This document shows, piece by piece, positions 28,699-41,484 of a stretch of 64,000 bases of DNA (position 1 is the first letter of the stretch; each line of letters begins with the position of its first letter). The notes under the pieces are model-generated. The model did not search any database and was not told where the DNA came from. It saw only the letters and a program-made list of their open reading frames with translations. Made by a program: the position numbers and the translations under genes. Location: assembly GCA_965153355.1 (NCBI GenBank), contig OZ231126.1, positions 21,514,001 through 21,578,000 on the forward strand, in the 5' to 3' direction. Source of the stretch: Flaccisagitta enflata (Eukaryota).

Positions 28699-29200
28699 AA
28701 CAAGTCATCCAAGGATCGCACATGGTCAGCGGTACCCGATGCCCTGCTTGGAGTGATTAGCTGAAGAATTGGAGTGAGAGCAGGGCAGCGGCCCCAAAGG
28801 GCCAATGTCCTGTAGGACACAGGGGTGAATTTCCAGACGTCCTGAGAGGGCATATTTGAGGCCTTGGTAGCAACTTTCCATGTTATTCAATAGGAATTTT
28901 GCATTTTTTTCAATTTGTCATCAATTTACCATGTTATTCAATGGGAATTTTACATTTCTCTCCATTTTCATTAATTTTCTATGTTATTCAATGGGAATCA
29001 TGCAATTTTTCACTTTTTTGTAAATTTTCTATATTATTCAATGGGAAGCTTATATTTTGTCAATTTCCCATGTTATTCAATGAGAATTTGAAGCTTGAGA
29101 AGCTTCGGGCAGGGGGGGACGTACGGACGTACGTACGGACGTCTGGAAATTCACCCCTGTGTCCTACAGGACATCGGCCCTTTGGGGCCGCTGCCCAAAA
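28699..29200 (-). mobile_element. HINE-like family 2, copy-A specific
   Basis: AACAAGTCATCC start; sub-TIRs GGGCAGCGGCCCCAAAGGG / CCCTTTGGGGCCGCTGCCC-AAAA; inserted in a (GAAAAA)n tract; absent in copy B (~54120). Confidence 0.82.
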
Positions 29201-29699
29201 AGAAAAAGAAAAAGAAAAAGAAAAAGAAAAAGAAGAAGAAGAAGAAGAAGAAGAAGAAGAAGAAGAAGAAGAAGAAGAAGAAAAAGAAAAAGAAAAAGGG
29301 AAAGAAAAAGTAAAAGAAAAAGAAAAAAGAAAAAGAAAAAGAAGAAGAAGATGTAGAAGAAGCAGAAGCAGAAGAGGTTGAGGAAAAGGAAGAGGGAGAA
29401 GGAGAAGGAAAAGGAGAAGGAGAAGGAGAAGATGCAGAAGAAGATGTAGAAGAAGCAGAAGCAGAAGCAGAAGAAGAAGAAAAAGAAGAAAAAGAAGAAG
29501 AAGAAGAAGAAGGAGAAGAAGAAGAAGAAGAAGAAGAAGAAGAAGAAGAAGAAGAAGAAGAAGAAGAAGAAGAAGAAGAAGATGCAGAAGATGCAGAAGA
29601 AGAAGCAGCTGCAGAGGGAAGCCAAGTTGATGATGAAAGCACGGCCAACAAACAACAGAGTTGAGCTTCCGACGTCGACGCCTTCGAAGCCGTCAGCGC

Positions 29700-30235
29700 C
29701 ACCGCCGCCGATTCTGTTACCACCATCGCTTCTGTTGTCACCACTGCCTCTGTTGCCACCACTGCCACTGTTACAACCACTGCCTCTGTTTTCACCACTG
29801 TCTCTGTTGCCACCAGTGCCTCTCTTGCCACCACTGCCTCTGTTGCCATCCTCGCCAGCGCCGCCGCCGCCTAGGCCTCCGCCTCGGCCAACGTCCAGGA
29901 GTCCCAAGTATCATTTTTGAGCTATTACCATCCAAACTCAAAAGCCACCGTCACCTCTGTTGCCGTCTCTGTGCCCACTGACGCCACCGCCGCCCCTTCT
30001 CCCCCTTTGCCCAGGAGTCCCAAGCATCATTTTGGAGCTGTTACCATCCAAACTCCAAAGCCACCGCTACCTCTGTTGCCTCTGCCTGTACTATCTCGAT
30101 TGCCGTCTCTGTGGCCACCGCCGCCACCACCACCGCCGCCACCGCCGCCGCCCCTTCTCCGCCTTCCCCCAGGAGTCCCAAGCATCATTTTCGAACAGTT
30201 ACCATCCAAACTCCAAAGCCACGTGCAAAATCCAC
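29700..30235. repeat. 18-bp (CCACTGCCTCTGTTGCCA)n array plus three spaced copies of AGGAGTCCCAAGCATCATTTTCGAGCTGTTACCATCCAAACTC; homolog at ~54540-55100
   Basis: Directly visible in both segment copies. Confidence 0.85.
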
Positions 30236-30474
30236 GTTAGTGGGAGCGGAAGATTAAGAGAGGAAAAGAGAGACAGTGACGCCCTTTTTACGGTCCCTTT
30301 CTTCGCTTTACATCCTTCCGTTTGTTAAAGTGGACATTTTCATGGAAGATAAGGAAAAATATTTTCTTTCTTTCCAATTTGATGAACCGGGTTTTCACAC
30401 CATCATTCAAGATTGTTTTGATTAGTTTGATGTTTGCCTAATCGACAAGGGATTTGATAAGTAAGATGACCAGT

Positions 30475-30825
30475 TACGCCGATTGCATCCCGGGACTTTG
30501 CTGAATCGCTCCTGTGTGCCCCCTTCGCAATGTGACACTCACGATTTTATTTCAAACAAGCCAATGCGCAGCTTTTTACCTTGATGGGAACCTTTTTTAG
30601 GCTCAATTTGAAACTAACAAAGAAAATAAAAGGATTTTCTTAAGGGGATTCTTAAGGGGATTTTTTCCCATTGATTTCAATGTAAACTTCAAACGGGCCC
30701 TTAAAAAGGTTCCCATCAAGCTAGAAAGCTGCGCATTGGCTCGTTTGAAATAAAATTGCAAGTGTCATTTTATGAAGGGGGCACATAAGAGCGATTCAGC
30801 AAAGTCCCGGGAAACAATCGGCGTA
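30475..30825. mobile_element. Almost fully palindromic MITE with 8-bp TSD; shared with copy B (56021-56362)
   Basis: TACGCCGATTGCATCCCGGGACTTTGCTGAATCGCTC ... GAGCGATTCAGCAAAGTCCCGGGAAACAATCGGCGTA; ATGACCAG on both sides. Confidence 0.9.
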
Positions 30826-31137
30826 ATGACCAGATGGACTCATCAATGCTCCTAAAAGGTTTTGGGCGCATCAATCGGTCGTTAGCTCTTATACCATCCT
30901 CTATTTTTGTCTTACCTTTCTTGTCTTCTCCTTGTCTTTTCCTTGTGTTTTTCTTGTCTTTTCCTTGTCTTTTCCTTGTGTTTTCTTTGTCTTTTTCCCC
31001 CTGCTAGTCTTCGTCTGCTCTCATCTCTCTCGCTTCCGGTGGTGACTTTAAGTTTAACGACATTCTAAATCTTTTCTCCACTCTTCATTGCCCGAGTTTA
31101 TCTACCGCTACTCACTTTGCACTTGCACTCTCTCCTT

Positions 31138-31203
<66 letters not shown>

Positions 31204-31245
31204 TCTCTCTCTCTCTCATCTTAATCTTCGCAAAGGGAGCTGAGA

Positions 31246-31318
<73 letters not shown>

Positions 31319-31664
31319 AGAGAGAGGAAGCGACAGTATAGTGATGAAAGAAGTGAGAGTAGAAAAGCTCACCTTTCCTTTCGCTTTTCGTCTGACAATT
31401 TTTTCCTCTCGTCTCTTCTTGGCTCTTTTTTTCCTTTCCTTATTTTGCTCTTCACTGTTGCTAGAAACGATGTTTTTTTTTTTGCCTAACATTAGCTTGC
31501 CAATATTAGCTCAAGTTTCTTTTCCCGTGATTTGTTCCGTCCTTTTCCCGTCTATTCCGCCTTCCTCTGGCTTCTTCTTTTTTTTTGCGTGCAAGGTCGA
31601 GAGTTGAGTCAAGCGTGCTTTCTTGCGCGCCTTTGATGCGAGCTTTGAATGAAAGAGAAACCGC

Positions 31665-32040
31665 GACCGACCTTCGTGCAAGAAATGGGCGACCTTCGTG
31701 TGCCTGAGCCAGACTAGGGCGACCTTCATGTGCCTTAGCCTGACTAGGGCGACCTTCGTTTGCCTTAGCCTAACTAGGGCGACCTTCGTTTGCCGGAGCC
31801 GGACTAGGGCGACCTTCATGCCTATGGCTATGCCTGACTAGGGTGATCTACATGTTTGACTGTGGCGACATTCAGAAATGGATGACCATTGTGTGCCTGA
31901 GCCAGACTAGGGCGATCTTCTTGTGCCAGAGCCTGACTAGGACGACCCTCGTGTGCCTTAGCCTGACTACGGCGACCTTTGTTTGCCTAAGCTTGATTAC
32001 GGCGACCTTCATGCCTATGCCTGACTCGGGCGACCTACGT
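31665..32040. repeat. 30-bp minisatellite GACTAGGGCGACCTTCGTGTGCCTGAGCCT; longer array in copy B (~57225-57765)
   Basis: Head-to-tail units without spacers. Confidence 0.93.
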
Positions 32041-32117
32041 GTTTTACTGGGACGACATTCATAAAGGCCTTCGGGCCTTAAAATACGAGTTTGCCTGATA
32101 TGACCTATACACTTGCT

Positions 32118-32869
32118 CAGCGGCGTAGGAGACCTGGATTTTTTGGGACTTCCACCCTCCAACTAGTGTCCGACAAATTTGGTGTCCCAACAGAAAAATG
32201 ACATAGTTTTTGCTTTGAAATAGCAAGAAATAGTTATTAGTATGATACTCTTGTTTTGTTTGAGATCTTAGATAAGTGGGATTGAGCCTGATTACACCTG
32301 GTAAGGGAGAACATAACTTTTTTTACTCTTAGCTAGTCCACAGCTTGATATCTGTTTTTTTTTCTTTTACCCAATTTGCTCCCCTACATCCCTCTTCTTA
32401 GGCAATTAAAGCCTGAAAACCACTGAATTTTGATTGCTTTATAAATTGTATTTTTATCTTTAGACCTTTTATGATAATTATAGCATTGACTGAAATATGT
32501 AAAAAAGAAGATTGGTTCTTGCACCTTTGATTTTGACTGTATGAGTATAGGTAATCAGAATTTGGAGAATGCAAATACATAACCTTGGTGAGTATCTCAT
32601 GACATGTCAATTTCTACCATACATGTAAATATACTATTCAGTGTGTCTTCTTTTTTACTTTCTTTCTTTCTTTCTTTCTTCTTTTTGCTGTCTGTCTCAG
32701 TCTGTCTGTCCGTTTGTCTGTCTGTCTCTTCCTCTCTCTGACTGTCTCTCTTTGTCTCTCTCTCTCTCTCTCTCTTTCTTTTTCCTTTCTTTTTCTTCCT
32801 TTCTTCCTTGGTGTCCCGACAACAGGGACTTCCATGGAAGTCCCGGAAGTCCCTCCTCCTACGCCGCTG
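32118..32869. mobile_element. hAT-type non-autonomous element, copy-A specific
   Basis: TIR CAGCGGCGTAGGAG / CTCCTACGCCGCTG; 8-bp TSD CACTTGCT; single target (TACTTGCC) at ~57933. Confidence 0.93.
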
Positions 32870-33297
32870 CACTTGCTAATGACGACCTTTGGGCTTGACT
32901 ATGTTTATGGCAGCTATTGTAGCTGACTTGGCCGTGACCGACATTTCTGAAATTTCTTCGGGATTCAGCAAGCAGTGAATCAAATTTCTTCGGAATGATA
33001 AATGTACTTCATAGCAGAAATTTCTTTTTATTACAAAACAGTTTTCTGCTGTGGACTCAAAAGTAAGTCCTAATGTAGAATGGGAGATAATTCATCTTAA
33101 ATTTTATGTCTCATAAACTTCGAAATTTAATCTTTTATATTTTCAATGGATCAACTAAATCTAGATCTAACCAATATCCAACCTATATTTCAAAGTTTCC
33201 TCTTCCATCTAACACCTGAGGCAAAAGATAGGCAGAAGAGAGAATCAAGCGGAATGATTGAAGAGCCGCCAAACTGCTTTTCCTCCCTTTTCATATA

Positions 33298-33656
33298 CCG
33301 TATTTTCTCTAATTAGCGCCCCGGGCGCTTTTGAAATTGAAAAATGACATTGTCATTTTACCCTCCAATTAGCACCCCCTTTTGATATAAACATACATTG
33401 TTATCTAACATTTTTTACCATGAATACTACTTGAAATATCAGAATTATAAGATCAAGTACAATGAAGTGATATTGAGATGATTTTTTTTGCCTATTTTCA
33501 ATGAAAGCACTGAAAAAGCACTGAAAAAGCATTGAAAAAAATCAAAATCTTTGACAATTTGCCTTTTCTTCTTCCCATTTATCAACAATCTAGAGAAGAA
33601 AAAAGAGGGGGGGGGGGCGTTAATTGGAGGGGGGGCGATAAATGGAGAAAATACGG
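33298..33656. mobile_element. pogo-like MITE, TA TSD, copy-A specific
   Basis: TA-CCGTATTTTCTC ... GAGAAAATACGG-TA; empty site TTCATATAACAAAT at ~58353. Confidence 0.92.
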
Positions 33657-33734
33657 TAACAAATAGAGAGAGAATGAGAGAGAGAATGTCTCCGTTAGAG
33701 ACTGTGGTGGGAATATGTGTGAAAAAGTGTGAGA

Positions 33735-33837
<103 letters not shown>

Positions 33838-33848
33838 AGTGAGTGTGT

Positions 33849-33984
<136 letters not shown>

Positions 33985-34018
33985 TGAATGAATGACAGCA
34001 ACGAACAGGGAAGAGATG

Positions 34019-34660
34019 GGGGAACCATTTTAGGCCGAATGTTGGACTAGTTAAAGCTGAAACCACTTTAGTCAGAATTCAAACTTGAGTGGAATGAAGC
34101 AGGATATCCCTCATTTTTATTTTTAAATAGAATGTTTTTTCTGGGGGATTTTTAAAGACTGGATTATCTTATTTATAAAAAAAGTTGATTCATTATTTGT
34201 TTACACTGTTTAGCTTCATCATCATTTGGACACCATTTTCTATCAATTCTATAGAAAAAATTATTGAAATTCTTTTTAAGGATATTAAAATCTATTAAGA
34301 AAAATAGTCTAGAATTTAAAAAAAAATCTATATCTTTAATTTCCTGCTTTGATATTTCTAGAAATTAAACAAAATAAATGATTATTTGAAAAAACTCAAA
34401 GATATAAATTTTTGCAATTTTGATCATAAGATTTACAAAAATTGACAATGATAAATTGTTTTAAAAGATAATATGAAAAAAAATGAAAAATGATGCAAAT
34501 AAAATATCAATCAGGGCCCAAGAAAACTTTGTTTTTGAAGTTCACTCAAAAACCACCTTAATTACAATGAGCAGTGAAATTTGCAACCACTCTAGTCCGA
34601 TTCTGCTTTGAGTGGTTGGGAGCATTTTCAGATGAGGATTCGGCCTTGAGTGTCCTCCTC
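34019..34660. mobile_element. Mutator/MULE-like non-autonomous element, 9-bp TSD, copy-A specific
   Basis: GAAGAGATG duplicated (34010-34018, 34661-34669); imperfect G-start TIRs sharing AGGCCGAAT/ATTCGGCCT; single target at ~58786. Confidence 0.85.
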
Positions 34661-34829
34661 GAAGAGATGTAGTGATGGAGAGACAGAGGTCGATTAAGAG
34701 AGACAGAGACAGAAAAAGAAAAAGAACGGGAAAAGAAGCGCAGTGGACTCGAAGAAAAATGGAATGGAGAAGCAAATCAACGCAAAGGTTGACCGAGAAA
34801 AGCAGATGATGGCGGAAGACTGGTTAGAT

Positions 34830-35045
34830 GATGGTGGAGGATGGGGCAAGTGATGGTGGAGGATGGGGCAAGTGAGGGTGGAGGATGGGGCAAGTGAGGG
34901 TGGAGGATGGGGCAAGTAATGGTGGAGGATGGGGCAAGTGATGATGGAGGATCGGGCAGGTGAGGGAGGAAGATGGGACAAGTGATGGTGGAGGATGGGG
35001 CAGGTGACGGTTGAAGTTGGGGCAGGTGAGGGTGGAGGATGGGGG
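34830..35045. repeat. ~22-bp G-rich minisatellite (GATGGTGGAGGATGGGGCAAGT)n; homolog at ~58955-59110
   Basis: Directly visible. Confidence 0.9.
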
Positions 35046-35850
35046 GGAAAATGGGAAAATATTATTGGTGGTGGAAAGGGACAAAATAAAGTAATGAACA
35101 AAAATCAGAAAAGAAAATTGTTTGACACTTAGGTTAAGCTTTTAAGCGGCCTTACCATGTAAAGCCTTATGAAGTTGAAGGGTTACATTCGAAATAACTA
35201 ACCAGGCTGATTATTATCTTTCTTTTTTTCTTTTTTTTTAAGCATCATTCAAGTTGTGAATTGCGTTATCGGCGTAAATTGTGTTGCAATAGGAAGGTGA
35301 GGGACGGTTTTGTAGTTTTCAAATTGAATTAAAGAAAAAAATGAATCTCATCTGGAGTGAAGGCCATTATCGTTCTATCTAGTTATGAATTTGACATGTA
35401 TTCAGGCGTTCAAACATCAATCTTCTTGATACATGAAGGTGAGTGAAAAGGAAAAAATATTGTATTTGTCGAAATGAGTTGGAGCGAAAAACAAATGTCT
35501 TTGGATAAGATAGTTAGGTATTCAAACTAACGCTATTTCATGCAATATGTTATAATGCACGTCATGAGCGCTACAATGAAGTTCAAGGACGATTTTGAAA
35601 AGTAATCAACAGAGTGAGCTTTGAATGCAAATTGAAAAAATTCACCCATGAGATTGACAAGGGCGCTCGAATCGCGTTGCATAGAATCATTTTGATTGAT
35701 AAGAGTTGTTTATAGATTTTCATTTTTTAGTCAATAATTTCCTCAAAAAAGATATTAGTTTTACAACATAACACGTAATCTTCAAGTTGAACGGAAGTTG
35801 AGGTGAGGAGGATGCTAAAGACGACGGTCAAAAGATGACGATAGACTAAA

Positions 35851-36055
35851 GGTCTGAGAGATGAGGCATCATTCCACATGCTGGCCATTGACCGAGATCG
35901 CCTCCTGCTCTTCCTCTCCCTCCTCTTCCTCCTCCTCTCCCTCCTCCCCCTGCTTAGTGCTCACTCTCTATTTATGAGTCTACTGCGGGTGACCGGAACT
36001 CCCTGTCGCCGCCATTTTACCATCACTCCTTCTGTTTACTCACTTTGACTCTCTC
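35851..36055. promoter_or_regulatory. Candidate conserved cis-regulatory element
   Basis: Appears identical to 59975-60178 by eye while flanks diverge; contains CGCCATTTT (YY1/Pho-type), CCGGAA (ETS-type) and TTTATGA (posterior Hox/Cdx-type), next to a (CT)n tract. Confidence 0.35.
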
Positions 36056-36067
36056 TCTCTCTCTCTC

Positions 36068-36108
<41 letters not shown>

Positions 36109-36259
36109 CTTCAGCCATTCTAACGGCGAGCCTTGTTTTGACGCGAATTTACTTTATTCTCCCCTTCTTCACCTCATCAATCCTCATGCTCTTTTATTCG
36201 TATATTCCTTCTCTGCTTTTCTTCTTTCCTTTCTTCTTCTCTTCCTTCCTTTCTTCTTT

Positions 36260-36447
36260 TTTAGTCGCGTGCACGCGACTCTACAACCCGCTTTGTCCGT
36301 CCGTCGGTTGGTCGGTTTGTCACACTTTACTTTTTTCATGATTTTATTTCTTTGACCTCACTGCTCCTGCCCAAATGGTCTGGTGACCTCAAATATGGCC
36401 CCTGGCTACCTGCACATGACTTCGGTAGCTGTGTATCCGGCCTTGTT
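36260..36447 (+). mobile_element. HINE family 1, shared with copy B (60451-60642)
   Basis: TTTAGTCGCGTGCACGCGACT...GTGTATCCGGCCTTGTT in both copies. Confidence 0.88.
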
Positions 36448-36592
36448 TTTTCTCTTTCCATATGTTCCTCCTAAACTTCCGCCTCTTTCTTTTTTCTTTT
36501 ATCTTTTTCATGTGTTGACCTCCTCCATCATTTCCACCCCCGCTTTGACATTTATGTAGTCGGTTGTTGATGTTGTTGTTGTTGTTGTTATT

Positions 36593-36677
<85 letters not shown>

Positions 36678-37104
36678 TTGTTGTCCGTCATCTCCGTAAC
36701 ACATCAATAAATAAAAAATCCTACTCTTTTTGTCCTTCCATCCTTTTTTCCATTTTCCTCTCATTTCCCTTTTTTTTTCTTTAGTCTAATTTTCTATCTG
36801 GTTCATTCATATTTCATCAGATTTAGATATTCTGAATATTCTGAATATATTTGGACTGATAATTAACTTGATAATTTCGTCCGAATTTTGCTATTTCAAT
36901 TTCAAGTTTAGAGATGCAAATCATGTAATAGCTGTTGATGACACAAAAGACTGATGCAAAACGAGCTCTAATCCATGCTACACATTTTCACAAAATGTTG
37001 CACAGTTAAACAAACAACGAACAAAAAACAATACAAGGTATCATCATTATTGCGTCAATTTTCGTCAAAATATGATGCGACAATAAGAATATTAGGTCTT
37101 TCTT

Positions 37105-37464
37105 TTTAGTCGCGTGCACGCGACTTAACAACCCACTTTGTCAGTCCGTCGGTCCGTTGGTCCATTGGTCCGTCTGTTGGTCCGTCCGTCCGTCACACTT
37201 TACTTTTCTATTATACTTTTTTCTAGTCATTCTAAGTCATTCTAAGTCATTCTAAGTCATTTTAAGTCATTCTTAGTCATTCTAAGTCATTGTAAGCCAT
37301 TCTAAGTCATTCTAAGTTATTCTGAGTCACTTAAGTCAAATAGGTCTAAGAAGTCATTTCAGTCATTTTATGTCGTCTTAAGTCATTTTAAGTCATCTTG
37401 AGTCAATAAAAGTCATCTTAAGTTATCTATGTACCGCACGCGACTTAAAGGCGTTGGCCTTGTT
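37105..37464 (+). mobile_element. HINE with internal 10-bp (AGTCATTCTA)n array, copy-A specific
   Basis: 5' hairpin AGTCGCGTGCACGCGACT, sub-TIR GCACGCGACT, GGCCTTGTT end; the empty site is a T-run at ~62019-62026. Confidence 0.87.
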
Positions 37465-37736
37465 TTTTAAATCAGGGTTCAAAATTTTCTTTTCATGTTT
37501 GTTGGGAGAAGTTTACGAGTAACTCTGTAGCTAGATTGCTCTTACGTACGCCAATTTTTTTTTCCAGGTCGATTGAATAGAGTTCTTTGTCCCCTTTTCT
37601 CATTGCATTGGCTATCTCTTGGCTCCCATCCCTTGGACAGGTTCCTCCCATTAAGCGTGAACAGATTTGCATCACAAACAACCCAATGACGTCGGTCAGT
37701 CACGATTTTTCGATTCTCTGGCTCCATGAATGCATC

Positions 37737-37837
<101 letters not shown>

Positions 37838-38574
37838 CAGAGAGTGAGACAGACAGACAGACAGACAGAGACACAGACAGAGAGACTTTTTCTATCAGAC
37901 ACTCATTATAAATACACATTTAAACACGAGTCGAAAATATGTAAACGTGTCCTTTCTATCATTTTATACATTATTTTCTCGAACAATTGCATCTTCCCCA
38001 TCATAGAAATTACCATGCAATCTGTTTAGTCGCCGCCTGCGCAATATTGTAGGCGCCATTTTCTATTTCATATTCATTCCACCGTTGCCACCCTTTTTAG
38101 TCGCGTGCTATGCGACTTTGTCGGTTCGTCCGTCCATCCTCCAGCCCGTCCGGCCATCGCATCGGTCGTTTTAACAAATATTAATTTCCTTGCTATTGTC
38201 ATTTTGGGGGTCCTTTGAGTCAATTTCATGGTCCTGTGTAACTATTTATCTTTTGTCTATTTCCTTGCTAGTCTTTTTTTGTATTTAAGATCTGACGCAC
38301 GCGACGTCGTTCTAATGAATTCGTTCTCGCCCGATTTAAATGATCTTTTTTTTTTCCTGTTTCTCTCTTTCCTCTCTTTGTCATAGTTGTGGCGACAATA
38401 TAATTATGAGATTGATGCAATGCTGCCACATGTGACCAACCACGCCAATCCGCTTTGATGGATCCATTCTCCATCATCGTCGATTAGCGTTTATATGCAA
38501 TCGTCCTCCATAACGTTATATAAAACGGAGCCAGATACTAATTAATTACAGATACTAATTAATACAGGGTCACA

Positions 38575-38776
<202 letters not shown>

Positions 38777-39628
38777 TTGAACCTAAAGCACGTGCTGTAC
38801 TTTTCATACGGGTATTTCGTGAATAATTTTTCTTATTTTATCTTCCTCTTAATACGATCATCAAATCAAAATTTGAATTTTTAGCTTTGTGAGTAGCTTC
38901 AGGTATTTGCTCGTGAGAAAATGGACATTTACGTACTTGAGTTTGTTTGTTTGTTTGTTTGTTTGTTTTTCTTTTTTTTTTTTGTACGAAATCAGCTCTT
39001 CCTCTTCTGTTTCTAGTAGCTGTCTTCCTTCCCTCTCAGTACACGTGTGTCTGGCGGAACTCGCTAAGAATGGTTTCTACTGATGGACTGAGGGAGGAAA
39101 TAACTTATCTAGCGTCTGCGTCACCACCTATCCCCCCTCCGCTCCTATCTAACTTTACCGTTGCCGTTGTGCCTATAAACTTCATCCCCCATCGGGGATA
39201 TTCATCAAAAAGCCCGTATAAACCTTGTGCAAACGAAGGTTGATAGTCTTTTTTTAAAAAGGGTCTTTAAGGAAGAAGACGAGAGGACGCCGACCAGACC
39301 TTATTCAATATTCATGCGTCTTGTCGTCTCGATCTTTGCTTGGTTAGTTGGTTCTAGGTACAAAAAGAAAAAGAGTGAAATAATGTTGTGAAGTATTTTT
39401 AAAAAAAGAATTCTTCGTACACGTAGGCACGTTGTTATGAAGTAACGTGATACATGAGAGGTGAGGTATGAAATGACTTTTTTGTTCTCCAGCGCTAAAC
39501 AACCCTCAGCGTAAGATGATAATTAGCTCTCTCGACCCAACTTTCCTCCTTTAGTATTCTCCCTTTAATCTTTTCAACGTCGTGGGTACTCAGTTTTGCT
39601 TTTTTTTTTTTCAAAATTGCCTCTTTAA

Positions 39629-39703
<75 letters not shown>

Positions 39704-39932
39704 GGCTTTTTCTCGCCTTTTCTTCTTGTAATAGCGTTAGCGTTCGCTCATTTATGAAAATGGGTTTTTAAAAAAGTCACAGCAACGTAAATCAGAGCTG
39801 TTTTTTTCTCAAACTTCCTCTTCATTTTCACCCATCGGCACTCCTCAGCTTTTGTTTCTAACTTTCTCTCTCTCATTCACTTCCTCTGGGCGAGAATGCA
39901 TGTTCATGAAAGTTGAAGCACATATGAGAGTG

Positions 39933-40029
<97 letters not shown>

Positions 40030-40644
40030 TTAGTGTGACTCCGATCCGCGCGTTCGTTTAAGAAAAAAAAATGACAAATGGAAAAAAAAAGGAAAATTGT
40101 CTGCAGATAAGGGAAGCCAACGAAGTTGAAGGTGAGGTGAGGTTCTACGCCAGATGGACGCGGGGGACCAAACAGAACTTCAATGGACACAGTCCGTACA
40201 AATGGATGTAGAGAGGGGAGAGAACATGGGCTAATAGGAGAGGAGGGGAGGAATTGATTCTTAAGGCCTCTAAAACCCAATGGCTAGATAGAACAGAGTC
40301 TAACAATGTTTGTGACTTGGATTTTGCTCTTCTAGCTGAAAAAGTGACGTGGGTTTACAATATCGTTGCGGACCTCCATCCACACACCACCTCCCCCCTC
40401 CCCAGTTCCCCCCCCCCCCCACACAAACACATAAAGAAAAAAAATATCTAAAACGCTAGTTCTTCAATTTTTCGACTTGTGCTAATGGATGAATGGACCG
40501 ACGGTTGGAACGCCAAACCAACAGACGGACAAAGCCTCTTGGAGAGATGCGTGTCCGCGACTAAAGATAACTTCGTTTTACGGTTATTACGGATATTAAG
40601 AATATAATCAAATTCGAAGATTCTCGTGGCCGAGCATCTGTTTT

Positions 40645-40810
40645 AACAAGGCCGGATACACGGCCAATACCAGTTGCGGACGGATGGGCAGGGGCGGAAA
40701 TGCGCGTTTTCACACTTTCAAGCTCGATCATCACGGACCGATGGACCAACGGACGGACCGACGGACGGACAGACAAAACCTCCTATAGAGTCGCTTGTCC
40801 GCGACAAAAA
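40645..40810 (-). mobile_element. HINE family 1
   Basis: AACAAGGCCGGATACACGGC...(GGAC)n...GTCGCTTGTCCGCGAC-AAAAA. Confidence 0.85.
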
Positions 40811-41007
40811 ACATCTTTGAATTCGTAGCAAGCTAGGATGTTATCGAATTCTAAAAATAACGTGCCTCAGTAAAGTTCCTGGATTGCGAAAGTGAAAGTA
40901 AGAAAGGACTGTGAAAATTACTCATCGTCGCAATGCTCAGCTGAAAACCAAACTCCCATTTTTTTTATGTTCGCAAAAGAACTCTTGGGTCAAGTTTGAT
41001 TCAAATA

Positions 41008-41429
41008 CACTCTTTTTTTTTATAAGAACGTCATTTTTTTTCAAAGGCTTGATGTTCTTATTTTCAAGGCCAAATAAAGCCTTCAACGTTTTTAAAGTGT
41101 TCTTAATTTTCAATACTATATAAACTACAGGAAACCTTATATTATACTATTATTCAATTACACTAAATACAATTCTATTAAATACTGTTAAAAAACACCA
41201 ATTATTAAAGTCTGAGGATATTTTCATGATGTTTATTTAAAAATTATAAAATGTCATCTTAGTTACACTAAAATTCAAGTATTTTCCTAATGTTCATCAA
41301 ATAATATTGTAAGCAGAATTTTTTTCTCAAGATTTGAAGCCTTTGTATGTTCTTAAGATGTTCTTAATTTTGGGGCCATATGAAGCCTTGATGTTCTTAT
41401 AAACTAGGTTCTTATAAAAAAAAAGAGTG
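41008..41429. mobile_element. TA-TSD MITE
   Basis: TA-CACTCTTTTTTTTTATAAGAAC ... GTTCTTATAAAAAAAAAGAGTG-TA. Confidence 0.9.
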
Positions 41430-41484
41430 TATTATTTCCAAAGGGATCATTTGTTTAGAGCGTGCCGAAACCATCACCGTAAAA

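Noticed and set aside
29582-30240. Proline-rich or mucin-like coding exon
   Set aside because: Repeat-derived; frames and stops are not conserved between copies; no clear splice context.
31665-32040. 30-bp repeats resembling a CRISPR array
   Set aside because: Head-to-tail units without unique spacers, no cas genes, eukaryotic context.
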